A stretch of 64,000 bases of DNA, from contig OZ037772.1 in the NCBI GenBank assembly GCA_964035545.1, positions 3,501,538-3,565,537 on the forward strand, given 5' to 3'. This document shows positions 10,501 to 23,000 of this stretch, piece by piece. This DNA comes from Bugula neritina. Lineage: Eukaryota > Animalia > Bryozoa. Numbering within the stretch: the stretch's first letter is position 1; every line of letters begins with the position of its first letter. Under the pieces are notes generated by a model. That model was not told the origin of the DNA, did not search any database, and saw only the letters and a list, made by a program, of their open reading frames with translations. The position numbers were made by a program, and so were the translations under genes.

Positions 10501-12198
10501 CCAATGGAGTCCGCTAAGGACTTGTTCCATCAGCCTCTGGAAGGTGGCTGGGGCGGAGGTTAACCCGAAGGGCAGCACCTTCCACTTCCACAAACCGTCC
10601 CGTGTGATAAACGCCGCTTTCTCTTGGGCGTCGGGACTCAGAGGAACCTGCCAATAGCCGCTTAGCAAGTCTAACGTACTGAAGTACTTGCTGCCGGCTA
10701 GGGCGTCCAATGACTCGTCAATACGAGGTAGAGGGTAGGCGTCCTGTATGGTTACGCTATTGAGTTTGCGGTAGTCCACACAGAACCGCCAACTGCCGTC
10801 TTTCTTCCGGACCAGTACGACTGGCGAGCTCCACGCACTATGGGCGGGCTCTATCAGTCCCCGGTCCAGAAGATCCCGTACTTGTCGGCTAACCTCCTTC
10901 TCTTTCTCCGGCCCCAGCCTGCGCGTGGGCTGCCGGACAGGGACTGTCCCTGCAGTCAGCGGTATTTCGTGTCTGACAATTCCAGTCAGTCCCACGTCAT
11001 TCTCTCCGCTGCTGAACACATCACCGTAGTCGCGTAGTAACTTGGCCATAGCTTGGCGTTCTCTGTTACTCGCGCAGCCGCCACTGGCTGTTTCGTATAA
11101 CTCCCGGAGATGTGTTGGGACTGCCCCTCGTCCCTGAATAGGGTGTCGAGGGGGTGCCTCCGTCGCGTCACCCAGCGACGGGCCCACGTCCTCTTCCTGG
11201 ACGGAATGGAACCGGCCCAGCATTGACCCAGCTGGGAGCTCAATGGGCTCGGTAAAGGGGTTGACGCACTGCACTAAGACCTCCCCTCGCTCAGTTAGTC
11301 GGTTTAAACTACTGGCGAGTTGGATCTTTTCGTGCGCGCTTTCAACGACCCCGAGCCTGGCTATCCGGTTGCTGTTCACTCGGCAGTGGATAGTAGCTCT
11401 GGAGCGTCCGGGTACGGTGCAGTTCCGAACTACCTGAACACCGCCCACCAGGGGACGCCCAAACTTATCCACACAGGCGAGTTCTCGCCCGCCCATCAGC
11501 ACCACCGACTTACTGAAATCTATTCGGCACTGGTGCTGCTTCAAGAAGGGCATTCCGAGGATAGCATCTTCTTCCAGTTGACCTATGATAAAGGTCTCCT
11601 GTACAGCCTGATCTCGGACACGCCCAGGGAGCTCGATAATACCATAAAAGGGGATACATGACCCGTCTGCCAGGGTGCCATGTTCTCCAGTATACGGTCG
11701 TACTCTATCCCTGTCCCGGCGGGGCAGTGCCTCAAAGACTCTACGACTGAGAAGGTTGGTAGTACAACCGGAGTCGAGCAGGAAAGTGACGGCATTGCCG
11801 GCCACCTTTCCGGGTAGGAAATAGCTCTCTCCATGTGGTTGTACTTTCACCCCCCCCCCCGCATGTGCTGTCCTGGTTTGACAGGACGGCGGGGGTTTCA
11901 CCCGTGGTTTACGGGGCTTCCGGCGGCGAGATTTGTGCCGGCGGGGTTTGGGCCTCTCCACTGGGCCTTCTGGCTCCATTTCAGTGGCGGGCTCCTCTTC
12001 CCGAGGTAACCGGTGAAACCCGTTAGCGAGTGGCAGGGAGAAGGTACTGGGCCGTTGTGCGGGCCTACTAGTCCTGCGTGGTACCTGCCACTCGGGTGGA
12101 ATGTTCCGCCGTGTCCGTACGGACAGACGACGGCGCGTTCCACCATACTCCTTTAGTTGAGGCCCGCGGGGAGGGAGTGTGTCCGCGGGCCGTGACAG
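7576..12198 (-). CDS. pol: Pol polyprotein (protease, RT, RNase H, integrase) with one in-frame TAG at 8842-8844
   Basis: Protease LLDSG. RT WRFCVDYRKLN, LPFGL, YLDD. RNase H DTDAS, RKELLA, TDHASL. Integrase HHCC zinc domain, VAVDLVGP, HSDQGAQF*SQLM, NGVVERNNR and the GPY motif. The frame is open from the slippery site at ~12198. Track ORFs 8842..11979 and 7576..8832 are in the same frame. Confidence 0.96.
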
Positions 12199-12204
12199 TT
12201 TAAC
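12147..12204 (-). promoter_or_regulatory. Programmed -1 ribosomal frameshift signal (G_UUA_AAC plus stem-loop/pseudoknot)
   Basis: Heptamer GTTAAAC (12204-12198) is in gag phase. A 6-nt spacer is followed by a perfect 9-bp stem GGCCCGCGG/CCGCGGGCC (12191-12183 and 12169-12161). Loop ACTCC is complementary to downstream GGAGT (12151-12147). Pol is in the -1 frame relative to gag. Confidence 0.8.
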
Positions 12205-13019
12205 GCCCCCTGGTATTGGGGTCGTCCTTTCTGTCCCTGGTCCTGATCAGCGCTACTCCAGCCCTGCCCCACAGATGTTGGGGGCATCCGCAAGGCCTGA
12301 CCGGGGCCAGCACCGGCCAGAATGGTTACCAATTGTCCCAGCATCTCTACCATGCGGTCCACTTCGGCTTCCAGCGGGAGGGCTTCGGAGCCTGTCGTAG
12401 CCCTGGCAGCGCTGACTCCAACTACTGGGGGGTTCCTTTGTGCTCGATGCATTTGGGTAGCCAACAGGTAAGCTTCTCCAGCCTTCAGGTCATCCTCTAT
12501 TCTGGTTATCCCTTTAGCTCGTAGGTGATGGTCTAGGCCCAGGTCGTTTAGGGACTGGACAAAGGCGTCATAGGTGTAACGCTCTTGGTGTTGTGCTGGC
12601 AGATCGCTATATGCAATCTGCGCCAGCTTCTTCACCGTCGCGGCATGTTCTTGCAGCGAGGTCCGCGGGGTGCGGCACAATCTCTCCAGCTTGGTCCTAG
12701 CGTCTATGACGGAGGTGCCAAAACGGGCCCGCAGCGCAGCCAGTATGCCGTCTACGTCCGTTCCCACTCCGTACGGCTTGGCTTGCTCCGTCACCGCCCT
12801 CCGCAATTGGATAAGGGCCACTCTATGCGGCCATTGAGCAACTTCCATTACCTCTCTAAATTCTTGTATAAATTGTTCGACATCTTCCGACCCAGTAAAG
12901 GTGGGAGCTTTCAAGTAATGTCTATAAGCTTCTTCTCCTTCACGATTCACAGGATTAACAGCATTTCTACGCTCACCTTCTACTGGGGGTGGTTGCATTC
13001 TAGCATTTTCAGTCTCCAT
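12153..13019 (-). CDS. gag: Gag, 288 aa
   Basis: First ORF after the PBS. It has the capsid-like motif KAPTFTGSEDVEQFIQEF...W and a helical core. No CCHC knuckle is visible. Confidence 0.9.
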   Translation of the reverse strand: METENARMQPPPVEGERRNAVNPVNREGEEAYRHYLKAPTFTGSEDVEQFIQEFREVMEVAQWPHRVALIQLRRAVTEQAKPYGVGTDVDGILAALRARFGTSVIDARTKLERLCRTPRTSLQEHAATVKKLAQIAYSDLPAQHQERYTYDAFVQSLNDLGLDHHLRAKGITRIEDDLKAGEAYLLATQMHRAQRNPPVVGVSAARATTGSEALPLEAEVDRMVEMLGQLVTILAGAGPGQALRMPPTSVGQGWSSADQDQGQKGRPQYQGALNCHGPRTHSLPAGLN

Positions 13020-13033
13020 CTTTGATATACACT

Positions 13034-13051
13034 ATCCCACTGCTGCCACCA
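13034..13051 (-). promoter_or_regulatory. Primer-binding site, tRNA-Leu type
   Basis: The minus strand reads TGGTGGCAGCAGTGGGAT 1 nt inside the 5' LTR. This is complementary to the ...ATCCCAC(C/T)GCTGCCACCA 3' end of animal tRNA-Leu(AAG/TAG). Confidence 0.85.
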
Positions 13052-13052
13052 C

Positions 13053-13357
13053 TGTTATAGTTTTCAGATTTAGGGTTGATGTGCCACCAAGAGAGTCTAT
13101 TTAACACTAGAGAAACTTCACCAGTTAAGTCGAGTAGATATCGTTATATTTAATGCAAGAATACATAATAAAAATCCAATGTACAACAGTAATGATACGC
13201 ACGTCTATTTAGTTTACAGCACTATCCTCAACTGAGCTAGTAGCGCGAAGCGGCTACTATTACTAATAATACAGCTTGGCTAATTGGCTAATACATTGTT
13301 CCGGGTCAATACGCAACCTCGCGTATTGTGCTGCTGGTAGCTCCACGAGCCACCACA
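13053..13357 (-). repeat. 5' LTR (305 bp)
   Basis: TG...CA termini, adjacent to the PBS, 304/305 identical to the other LTR. Confidence 0.97.
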
Positions 13358-13447
13358 ATATACTGCAACCTAAAGTTATATCATATGACTTGACTATCTC
13401 TACTAGAGTTAGGGTGGGTCACCTGACAGCCCACACATATCTACACT

Positions 13448-14479
13448 GGTGTCAGGTGATAATGGTACAATTGGCAAAATAGGTAAAACTATATAGCACA
13501 TTTTCAATATTAAGGTTTGAGGCAGGTTAAGTAGTTAAAAAGGAGTTAAGGTTTGAGAATGAAGTTCTTAGTTTGGGGTTTGGGTTTTGAGTTTGTGGTT
13601 TACCCTCCTAATTACGCTTAACGTACTGTACGCCATAACAGCAAATTTCAGCCATTCCTGGTATAAGTTGCAGCGTTAATCAAGTACTGCTTGGCTCAAA
13701 AAATCACACCAGGCAGAGTTGATATGGTACTATAAAATTTAAAAAGTCCTTTCCGCTGGTTTATTTTAATCGCTTATTGTTGATTTAATTTAATAAATTC
13801 AAAAGTTTCAAAGGATTAAAATATCTTTTTCCCCTTGCTTGAATTATATTCAGCTTAAAAATGTAGATTTCACTAATTACTAAAGTAAGCAAACCAACAA
13901 TGTAAAAGTTAATTGGACAGCTTAAATATTTTTATTATTCAAATTAGTTTGCACAATTATATATTTAATGGACACATATATTTAAAGGAGAGGTTTCTTT
14001 TTTTAAATGCTTTTATCTAGTCAATAACATTAATATCTCATTTTTTGAAAATAATTTTGCAATAATTTGTAAATAACATTCAAAGGAGTACAAGTAACCG
14101 CAGACAAGAATTAGCCTTATTATGATTGGTCATAGCTCAACGTCATGCGTTGTACTTTTCTCAGTGTGTGACGCATGTTGACCAAACGTAACAGCAGGGC
14201 AATTTTATTTTTACCGTAAGGTAAATGTGAATAAGGGGTTAGAGTTGAGGGTTTGATTTTGGAGTTTAAGAAAACTTATAAACACCAGTAAGCCATTTTT
14301 TCCTGCTAGGCTTTTTCCATTTGTGCCCTTGATACCAGAACCATTATTACCTGCGTGCCATTCTACCTGCGTGCCATTTTATTTGTGCTATTTTATACCT
14401 GTGCCATTTTACCTGTGCCATTATTACTTGTGCCATTATTACCTGTGCCATTTTCCCTCTGCCATTATTACCTAAAATC
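13448..14479. mobile_element. Non-autonomous Mutator(MULE)-like element, absent from copy B
   Basis: Imperfect TIR GGTGTCAGGTGATAATGG versus reverse complement GATTTTAGGTAATAATGG. 9-bp TSD atctacact/aactacact. Subterminal tandem 'tgtgccatt(a)ttacc' repeats at 14330-14472. Confidence 0.7.
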
Positions 14480-15424
14480 AACTACACTACATCACATGCT
14501 GTAGGAACACTATGGCACTCTAATTGCAAAAATTGTTATCTAAAGTTTGTTACTTCAAGTACTATACAAATATTATTAGTAACTTGACATTTCTTATCCC
14601 TAAGGGGTGTTTAATATAAATATAATACTTGAGATAAACATTCTCATGTGATATAATGTAACCTGAAGTTATATCACATGACTTGACTATTTCTACTAGA
14701 GTTAGGGTGGGTCACCCCACAGCCCACACATACAACTAAACTATACACCACATGCTGTAGGAACACTGGCACAGCTGAGGCTAGGCTGACTAATAGGTAT
14801 GGAATAGTTGACCCAGCAGTTATATACTTTGTTATAGAAACTCTAACTTTCTAGTATTAGAATATAAATAATTCTCTAAAGAGTTGGTATATCAGAAAGA
14901 GAGTCACTCAACACCAATTAACTTGGTTGTCTCAATCAGAGCTGGTTTCTGTGTATTTCAGTTTGTTTTAAAGGTTCTCTGAAGCTTCCCCAGTCTTTAT
15001 GAGCTCTCTTTAAATATATACAATAGTTTTAATACAATACAAAGACAATTATTGTTAACACATGTCAAGTAATAGAACAGGAATAAGGCCTCTCTGGTAG
15101 TTATTTGAATATCTACTTAAGAAGTATAACTAAATATACAATAATAACTACATATTTAGAAACATGCAGAATATTATACTAGAAGAAATCTCTTGTAACA
15201 AAGTATTGTTACATAACTGGAAGATAGAGAAACTATATTTCTCAATTCAGAACATAATCTGCAATCAGCATTCAGTACTGAAATTAAGCAAAAGCAATGA
15301 GAGTTGTTATAATTATGAATATAATAATATCATGATGTAAATAATGTAAATAATGTAAATAATATTATTATACTTATATAACAAAAATATGTCATTGCAG
15401 TTACCTAAGCCAAGCGTAACTGGT

Positions 15425-15546
15425 TATTGTATGTCACTTGACTCAACAGATACACGCCCCTTCTGCTGTAACATTATAACGTCATTGTACACAGTCATAC
15501 ACACGTTGACTGAAGAGGGCTACACATTGATAATTCGGAGGTTAGT
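15425..15546 (+). promoter_or_regulatory. Possible promoter / non-coding first exon of the TRIM gene (paralogue ~55765-55886)
   Basis: Locally CpG-richer patch with TGACTCA (GTCACGTGACTCA in copy B) and ACGTCA motifs, ending in a donor-like GAG|GTTAGT. The ATG exon is preceded by an acceptor (ttttacag, 17029), so an upstream exon is expected. Confidence 0.3.
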
Positions 15547-17052
15547 AAAACATTTAATGATTTATAGACTTAGTTTAGCAATAGTATGCAATCAGTAGAA
15601 GTATTACATTTACTACATTACTATAACTATTAGTATTAGATTTAGTGTTGCAAATAGTTTTAATACCACATCCGCTACCATCATCATCAAATTTGTTTAT
15701 AATGATAATATTAACAAGTTATACCTATGGCTATACTAATACTTATACTTATAGTTATAGTTATAGTAAGTTTATTATAACCAGTGAGTCACTTATTTTT
15801 ACTTTGTGAATTTATGATTGTAACACTGAATAAAATTATCATCAATGTGATTATAATAATAATTGAAATTTTTTTAATTCGTGTTACACTTACTCAATTT
15901 GAATATCAGAATATTTTACCACTGGCATTAGCCAGTTTTTAATCACAATGCATAGTCACTGTAGTGATCACTGCATGTGATACATTGTTATGCCCTGCGC
16001 ATTTCAATGCACTGCCCTTCTGTATTCATTGTGAATAGCATAATTATTTGGCTTATATTATTTTACAAACAAACTGCAGTATACTGCTCCGATTTATATA
16101 ACAACACTTGCTACTATCTTTACCTCTCAATTTCTGTCATTTAAAAACTGAAGTATTTACATAAAAGGTGGTGAAGTTAATGGTAAGTAATTGGAATTCG
16201 ACTACTCCATAAATTACTGAGAATATAAGGTTAGCCACATTTGAATGATGTACCATTGTTGTAAACATAAAATATGAGGTTAGTGTTATTAAATCATTTG
16301 CTAGACCCCCTGAGAGTGTAGAATAAATAATTTGCCAGAGATGAGTGTAGAAGCTGCCTACTCATGAAACAACTACACCTGACCTAACAGAAGCACAAAC
16401 TTGTTAAATTAGTGTGTTTCACACCACCATAGTTTCTATTAGATGATTAGAATAGCAAACTAGCAGTTGATGGCATTTTTCCTGACTTATGGAAGGGTGA
16501 CTCTAAGTAACATATTGGCCAATGCATCACCAACACTGCAGAAATGTTAAAATAAGTTTTGTCATTTAGATTATCAATGAAACAAGATATTTTCAACACC
16601 CAGCACAAAATATTTCATGAAACTATGTTTTCTCACACTGCTATGTTCCCCCTGTTTAGTTTCTCACTCATGCTATACACTCCTTGCTATGGAATAGTTC
16701 AAAGTACACCCTGGGAAGGAACAAAGTCTATCCTATGCTCAGTTGTAGACTCTGTCCCAGTAATGTGTCAAAATAATCAGTTAGAAACAGATTATTATTG
16801 AGAGTTCATGAAGTCTCCAGCTTACATAAGGAGCTGAGCCCAATTGTGCTGTTTGTTTATAAAATTACTCTGTAGCTCACTGGTATTCATGTTTCACTTC
16901 TCCTCTACATATTGATGGTCTGGTTATGACTTAGAACTTATTGGTCAGTCATTGGTTTGGAAGGTGAAGGACAAACCTTCACAGATGTAGTGTAGAATAT
17001 TATGCTAAGAGTATGTGTATCTTTTACAGGATTTCCTTAGCAAATACCCAAG

Positions 17053-20000
17053 ATGGCAGAATCCAGAGTAGTGAAAAAAAGACTAAACAATTCGTATCGC
17101 TGTGGGTACTGCTCGCAGTACTTCAACAAACTTGAAGATCCCAGAACTCTGCCCTGTCTGCATGTGTACTGCATGAGATGTTTGAAGACTGACATCGGTG
17201 GTAGGAAGGATCATATTAGATGTGCTTATTGTAGGTGAGTTACAGTACATAACACAATATATCATGTCATAGGCTTGCATATGATTTTCTAACTATCATC
17301 TAGGAGTTGTCTGATCTGTGTCTATGAAAAGCAAACAATACTGTATATTCTATGTGAACTCTGGTTACTAACTTGTGGAGTGTGTGGATATCTTCTCATT
17401 GGGTAGAGAAAGTATCTGTTATGTAGATTGCACCATCAGCTGTCCTTTCTTGTTGAATTGTGGTATACTGTTGGATGTCATGGGATTGGGGTTGTCTCCT
17501 CATTATATTACTTTGTTCTCATACAGTACAAGACTTGTTAGAGCAGTCATTCCCAATCTTTTTCATATCATTCCCACTTTCATACATGTTTACTATTAAT
17601 TATTCCCCCTTTAAAAAACGAAAAAATTTATGACTGACATGATGATAATATAGATTACAATGCAATATTTTTCCTATTACATTTGAATATAATATAATTA
17701 TTTCTGATAATTATATTATGCATGTATAAAACACAGAGCAGTTCAATTATTAATATTATGGCTGCAGCTGATGACATTGTGTCAGCTTGCTTTCAAACCT
17801 CCCACCCCAACCCCTAAACCCCAACCCCAATATTGAAATTAAAACACATTCATGTAGAAGTAGACTGAGATGACAGAACTGGTTAAATAGATAAGCTAAG
17901 ATGAATGCTTATAGATATACATGTACATGTAACTTGCAAGAGCTCAAAAGTCTTTACAAACTGCTTGAAATTTTCAAAATCAAAATCCAGGCTCCCCCTA
18001 AAAAGCCCAAAATTCCCTCTTATAGGGGGATTCTCCCAGGTTGGGAACCACTGTGTTGAACTGACTTGTGTTTACTATCTTCTTTCCTGCAATTATAAAC
18101 ATGTATGATGTTGTCATGGCAACAGAGTTGCTGTGGCACAAAGTACAGTTTACTAGTATGTAGTGATTGTGTAGTGAGAGTGGAGTGTCTGGTTATTGTC
18201 CATGGTTATGTGTAATCTGTAAGGAGTAGAATTATATTATTTTAATATAATGTTGAGAGAGGTACTTTTATAATGGCAGTTTGGTCAACAGCTTTAGTTC
18301 TAATGCAATAGACTCATAGCTCTGGAGTCTAGCAGCTGTTACTATTACCACTAGCTGTTCAAAATTCGGCCAACATCCGGGCTGCCAAAGCATAATAGCC
18401 ATTGACAAGGCCAAGCAGTCACTGGGAAATTATTTGACTAAAGAGCAGGTCTTATGACAATTAGACAGGAATCAGTGATTCTGTGACCTATTTAGTTAAA
18501 TCCAATGCTGACCTTTTGATTGATTATTAGATAGCCATCACAATTTTATTTGGTAGTGAGTTGTACAATATAATATTATGGGGTGTCAATCAGTGTCTAA
18601 TATAATCTGTGAATTGAGTGTCTCCTTTAGCTTTGATGAGTTGATTACTTCTTCTACCATCAGTCAGTTGTATTAAGTGTTACTTTGTACTGAGTCATGA
18701 ATAGTGTTGAAGATTTGGGCCTCTGTTATGCCAACCCACCCCCCCCCCTCTGACTTAGACTGTGACCCAACCTGCTGCACATACATAGCAGTACTACACT
18801 GAAGATAGTTAACATGTGTATGTGTCATCCTACTAGTAATGGATTACTAAGTGCAAGTTATCCTATGACTCACTCTTCTTATGCTAGCTGCACGAGATAG
18901 ACAACACTCACACGTGACACGCACTCACAGTGCACTAGCTCTTGAAACATTGCCAAGGATAATGAAATGACAGTTTCGCCCCACTCCTAGCAGTTAGAGT
19001 GGCAGGGAATAGTTGTAGTATGTTGTAGTATTGGCTCCTCAGAATTCACACTTCAGTAATTAGTTGCATTGCACAAACTTGCAACAATAGTGAATAATTA
19101 TTGACAATATGGCCTCCACTCAGTAGTTAACTAGTAATTTGTCTTGTCATTTTACTCTACAAGTTACAGTTGGAGTCTATTTGTTGAGTAGCAGTTCTTT
19201 GTCATGAGTGACTATTTTCCAGCATATTAAGTACATAATATAGTCAAGTGTGTTTGTGTGATAGCCTGTGGTCTATATAATGAATGTGTGTTGATGAGTT
19301 ATGAGTATTTGTCAAGGACATAGCTGTGTGTGTGGATGGAGTATTTCATTACTTGAGAAATACTAAACACAGCTAACACAGGTAACATACTGATTGCTAT
19401 ATATTGTAGGAAAGATCACTATGACATTACAGATCCCACAACACTACCAGTAGCTCAGCATGGAGACCCCTTAGAATACAAGTCTCCCCCCAAACCTGCA
19501 CCCATTCCCTGCGATGTGTGTAAAGTTGGAACAGAAGCTGCTGTGTTTTGTATGGAGATTAAAAAAAAACTGTGTCAGCAGCATCAAGAAGTGAGTCTTT
19601 CTTATATAATTTCTCAAGATTAGTTACTAAACCAGTTCTGGTTTGTGTGTAGAATATTATTGTAAAGAAATGTTGAGTCTGTGTGACTTTTTATACTAAA
19701 CACACAGTTTCACAGTGCAGTGAGTCAACTATGACAGAGTTGTTGGTGAAAATACAACCAACTAAACTGTTGACCTTTATTATACAGAATCACAGAGAGC
19801 TGATGGGAGATGGACATCAGTTTATTGACATTGAGGTCTACAGAGCTTCTCCCCAAAGATATACTATAACTGAATGTGAACATCATAAACAGGAACAGCT
19901 GACAGAAGTGTGTTCCAAGTGTCACCAGATATTCTGTATGAGATGTGATATGAGGACTGGCTGTAATGATAAGACAGGTATTTACTTGCTGTTTCTATTT

Positions 20001-23000
20001 CTGTAGAGAGAAACTGAGAAATGTTACAAGAACCTGTTATTTATTATTTTATTATTAAAGTGAGTTATGTAACAGTAAAAGAGGAAGTAAGTTTGTCAGC
20101 ATTAAGGTTTGTGTTAGACAGAAGTGGATAGTGCAGGAGTTTATATTCTCACTGTTATGTTGAATATTTAGTATATTTCATCATTCAAGTGTCTGTTTCC
20201 TTGATAAGATGGTATAGGCATAGCTTTAACTCAGTGGTGTCTCACCTTCTTCATACCATCCTCCTTTTTATGATTATTTTCTATTAAGTTTCCGCCTTTT
20301 TGATAAAATTGTAATTTCATTTATAAAGAAAATCTTGGACAGGTTGTTTTCCTAATAATTCATTGAGTGTAGAAAAAAGCACTTTGTGTTTGACATGAAT
20401 TAGTGTCTGCCACAACTTCAGTTTAGCTTTGAAAGCATTGATGCTGCTATTAAAAGCAATGAGTTGATAATTATACTCATTCATTTTAGGTTCAGAGTTT
20501 TTAGTACAGCAAATATGTGACCAGTCGCGACAAAACCGGGGATGTGGCGGCGTTTATAAAGTGTAGTAAATGAAGGTTTAATTTGGAAATACTTAAATTT
20601 GAAATTAATTTCCAGTTTTTAGGTTTTGAACTTTTCTAATACAAAGAAATCCAAGGATTTCAAAAATCATACTTTCGTAAGCATTTGATGATTCCTTCAG
20701 CTCTAAAATTGCATTTAAAGTTGGTAACTAAGGCATTCAATTTTTTAAATGATGAAAAAGATGCGAAGTTATCAAGTAAAGAAAGAAGACAATTTTAGTC
20801 ATTTTCATAGCATGAGATCTTGCAAATTTATTTTTCATCAAATGAATTTAGCTTACACCTCTTTCTTCGCATTGTCAGAAGCATCGTATTTAAAATCGAA
20901 GGCTAGTTTTAGTTTTTCATCGTGCTCCATCCAAAGTTAGCTTTTAAGTTACTGAGCTGTTTTGCCCTTTGGTGATAAATGCTAAACTTAATCTTTATCT
21001 TTAGCGTTCAAGCTTGAAAATCACAACAATACAGGTAATTATACTCAAAACCATAATTTACGCTACTAACTTAGAATTGTTGCTAGGATTATTTGTAGTT
21101 ATTTTCTTATTAATATTCATACTGATAATATCACTAGGAGTATGTCTATTCTATATTTATATTAGTAACTATTTAAATGACTCTCACTATGACTCACAGT
21201 TTGAGGTACGGTTACTCATAATGATAATCATAATGAATATCATTCATGATTTACTGATACTGGTATTTGGCAGTAAAACCAAATGTAGCTCATTAATATT
21301 AATACTAATAGTATAACTTAAGTAATGATTAATAATTAAATTCACTATTTGAGTCTGACTCTGAGTTTCGCCTTACTTACTTGATTTACTTGAAGATGCA
21401 ATCACGTTAGACCACTAGATTAGCGTAAGCACTTGATACTCATACTGATAGTATTATATTTATTGATTTATTCTATAGTTGATATTTAAATTTACATTGG
21501 AATTACTCTTAGTAACTTTTAGCCTCTGTCTTAGATTTTGTCAATACAGTTACTGATTACTGTTACGATTAACGGTTCCTTTTGTGATTTTTAAATTAGC
21601 TCAAAGTTTTATTTAAAATATAATGATAAAATATTTATCACATTATGCAGGCTTACAGTTACTGTCAAAGCTCAATTGATAACCCTATTTATATTGATAA
21701 AAGCATCACCTCTAACCAAATTGAAATGGTAAATGTGATTAAATGTAAATGAGTATAATGATGAAATATTAATGCGAGTTCATGGTGATTCTATAGTTGA
21801 CTGACTTAGTTCTTCAGTAAGTTACTTTTAGTCTTATTTAGTGAGTAGTAACACTAACTGAATGCATAAATAGTCTAAACTTTTTAATTTTATTATAAAG
21901 GATGAGCAAAAATTTATTCATATTTTAAAGTAATTTATTGAATTCAAATTGATTTTATAGTAAATGTCTGTAATAGATTCAGTTGCACTTAGCTAGCTTT
22001 TTTACTCAATTAAATGCTTGAGTGGTTAATAGACATTGCTTCAAAATTGCCAATTGCAGATATGCTAGATATTCAAGTGCATAATGTGTAATTTTACTGA
22101 TAATACTATGTTAATATAGAATAATCCGATATTCTGTACATTTTAGAAAGTGGACTTATGAGAGCATTAGAGTGAAGACTTATACCTACACAACTCTACT
22201 ACCTATCAATCTAACACTTCTAATGTAGACACTCTGAATTTTGGCTTGCAAGGTTATGGCTTCTGCTTATTTCATTCATAAAAAGGTTTGCAGTCTTTTA
22301 ATGATGTGCTTGAAAATTTTCAACAATTTTTTAAATTTAAATTGTTCTGTTTAATTCAATAAATTTAAATGTTGATAAAATGCAGGATGACAATTAACTG
22401 CTGCTATAGTAGTACCACAAGAGTGTTTAACCAACTAAATTTTTATAATATAACTGCGTATAGTTTCTAATCAAGCTACCGTTTTCTTTTGTTATTTAAA
22501 AAAGTCAACATTGTACTTGCAGCTCTGGAATAGACAATAGATGGGTAGATTGGCAGGATGGATGTCAAGTAGCAGCATCTGTAATTGTTAGAAAATCAGC
22601 TGATGATAGTGATGAAGCTTTTGCCACACACATGATGTTATGTGTTCATACTCCGTAAACTCATATTATGAAGACCAAGGAAGTAGAAAGATGAAAAGTG
22701 CCTTTTTTGCAAAAACCGTAGAAGCTACCTAATTTTCTTCTCTTGATTAGAGTTAATTCAAGCACAATGGTTGTATCCAGGCTGGATTTTTTACTGCATT
22801 TAATTAATTTTTTAAAATAATGTGTTTGATGTTTTAAATGTGAATATTAATGCCTAATAAAACTCAAAGTTCTAATAGCTGATTTTATGTTTATATTTTC
22901 AACATCAATTGCTAAATTTAGTTGCCGTTAGAGATTATAAAGATATTTATGAATGAATCTCGAATGATCTCATAATAGTCAAATAATTTTCTCATAAGTG

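Larger units (their letters stand above)
3375..13357 (-). mobile_element. Ty3/gypsy LTR retrotransposon, full length (9983 bp including nested insert; ~7.44 kb native)
   Basis: Two 305-bp TG...CA LTRs. ATAT TSD at 3371-3374 and 13358-13361. Gag followed by PR-RT-RNaseH-IN in gypsy order. PBS and PPT present. The paralogous empty site 'ttctcatgtg-atat-aatgta' is at ~55001 (also 53841). Confidence 0.98.

Noticed and set aside
11898-12146. 82-aa ORF in the gag frame after the gag stop (possible readthrough)
   Set aside because: It does not lead into protease. The -1 frame does, and it has a frameshift signal.
7143-13025. Plus-strand and alternate-frame ORFs overlapping gag/pol/ORF3 (e.g. 7772-8320, 10126-10563, 12585-13025)
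   Set aside because: They are shadow ORFs of GC-rich coding sequence with no recognisable motifs.
21014-21316. 100-aa hydrophobic ORF
   Set aside because: It is AT-rich low-complexity sequence inside a non-autonomous transposon, with a non-ATG start.
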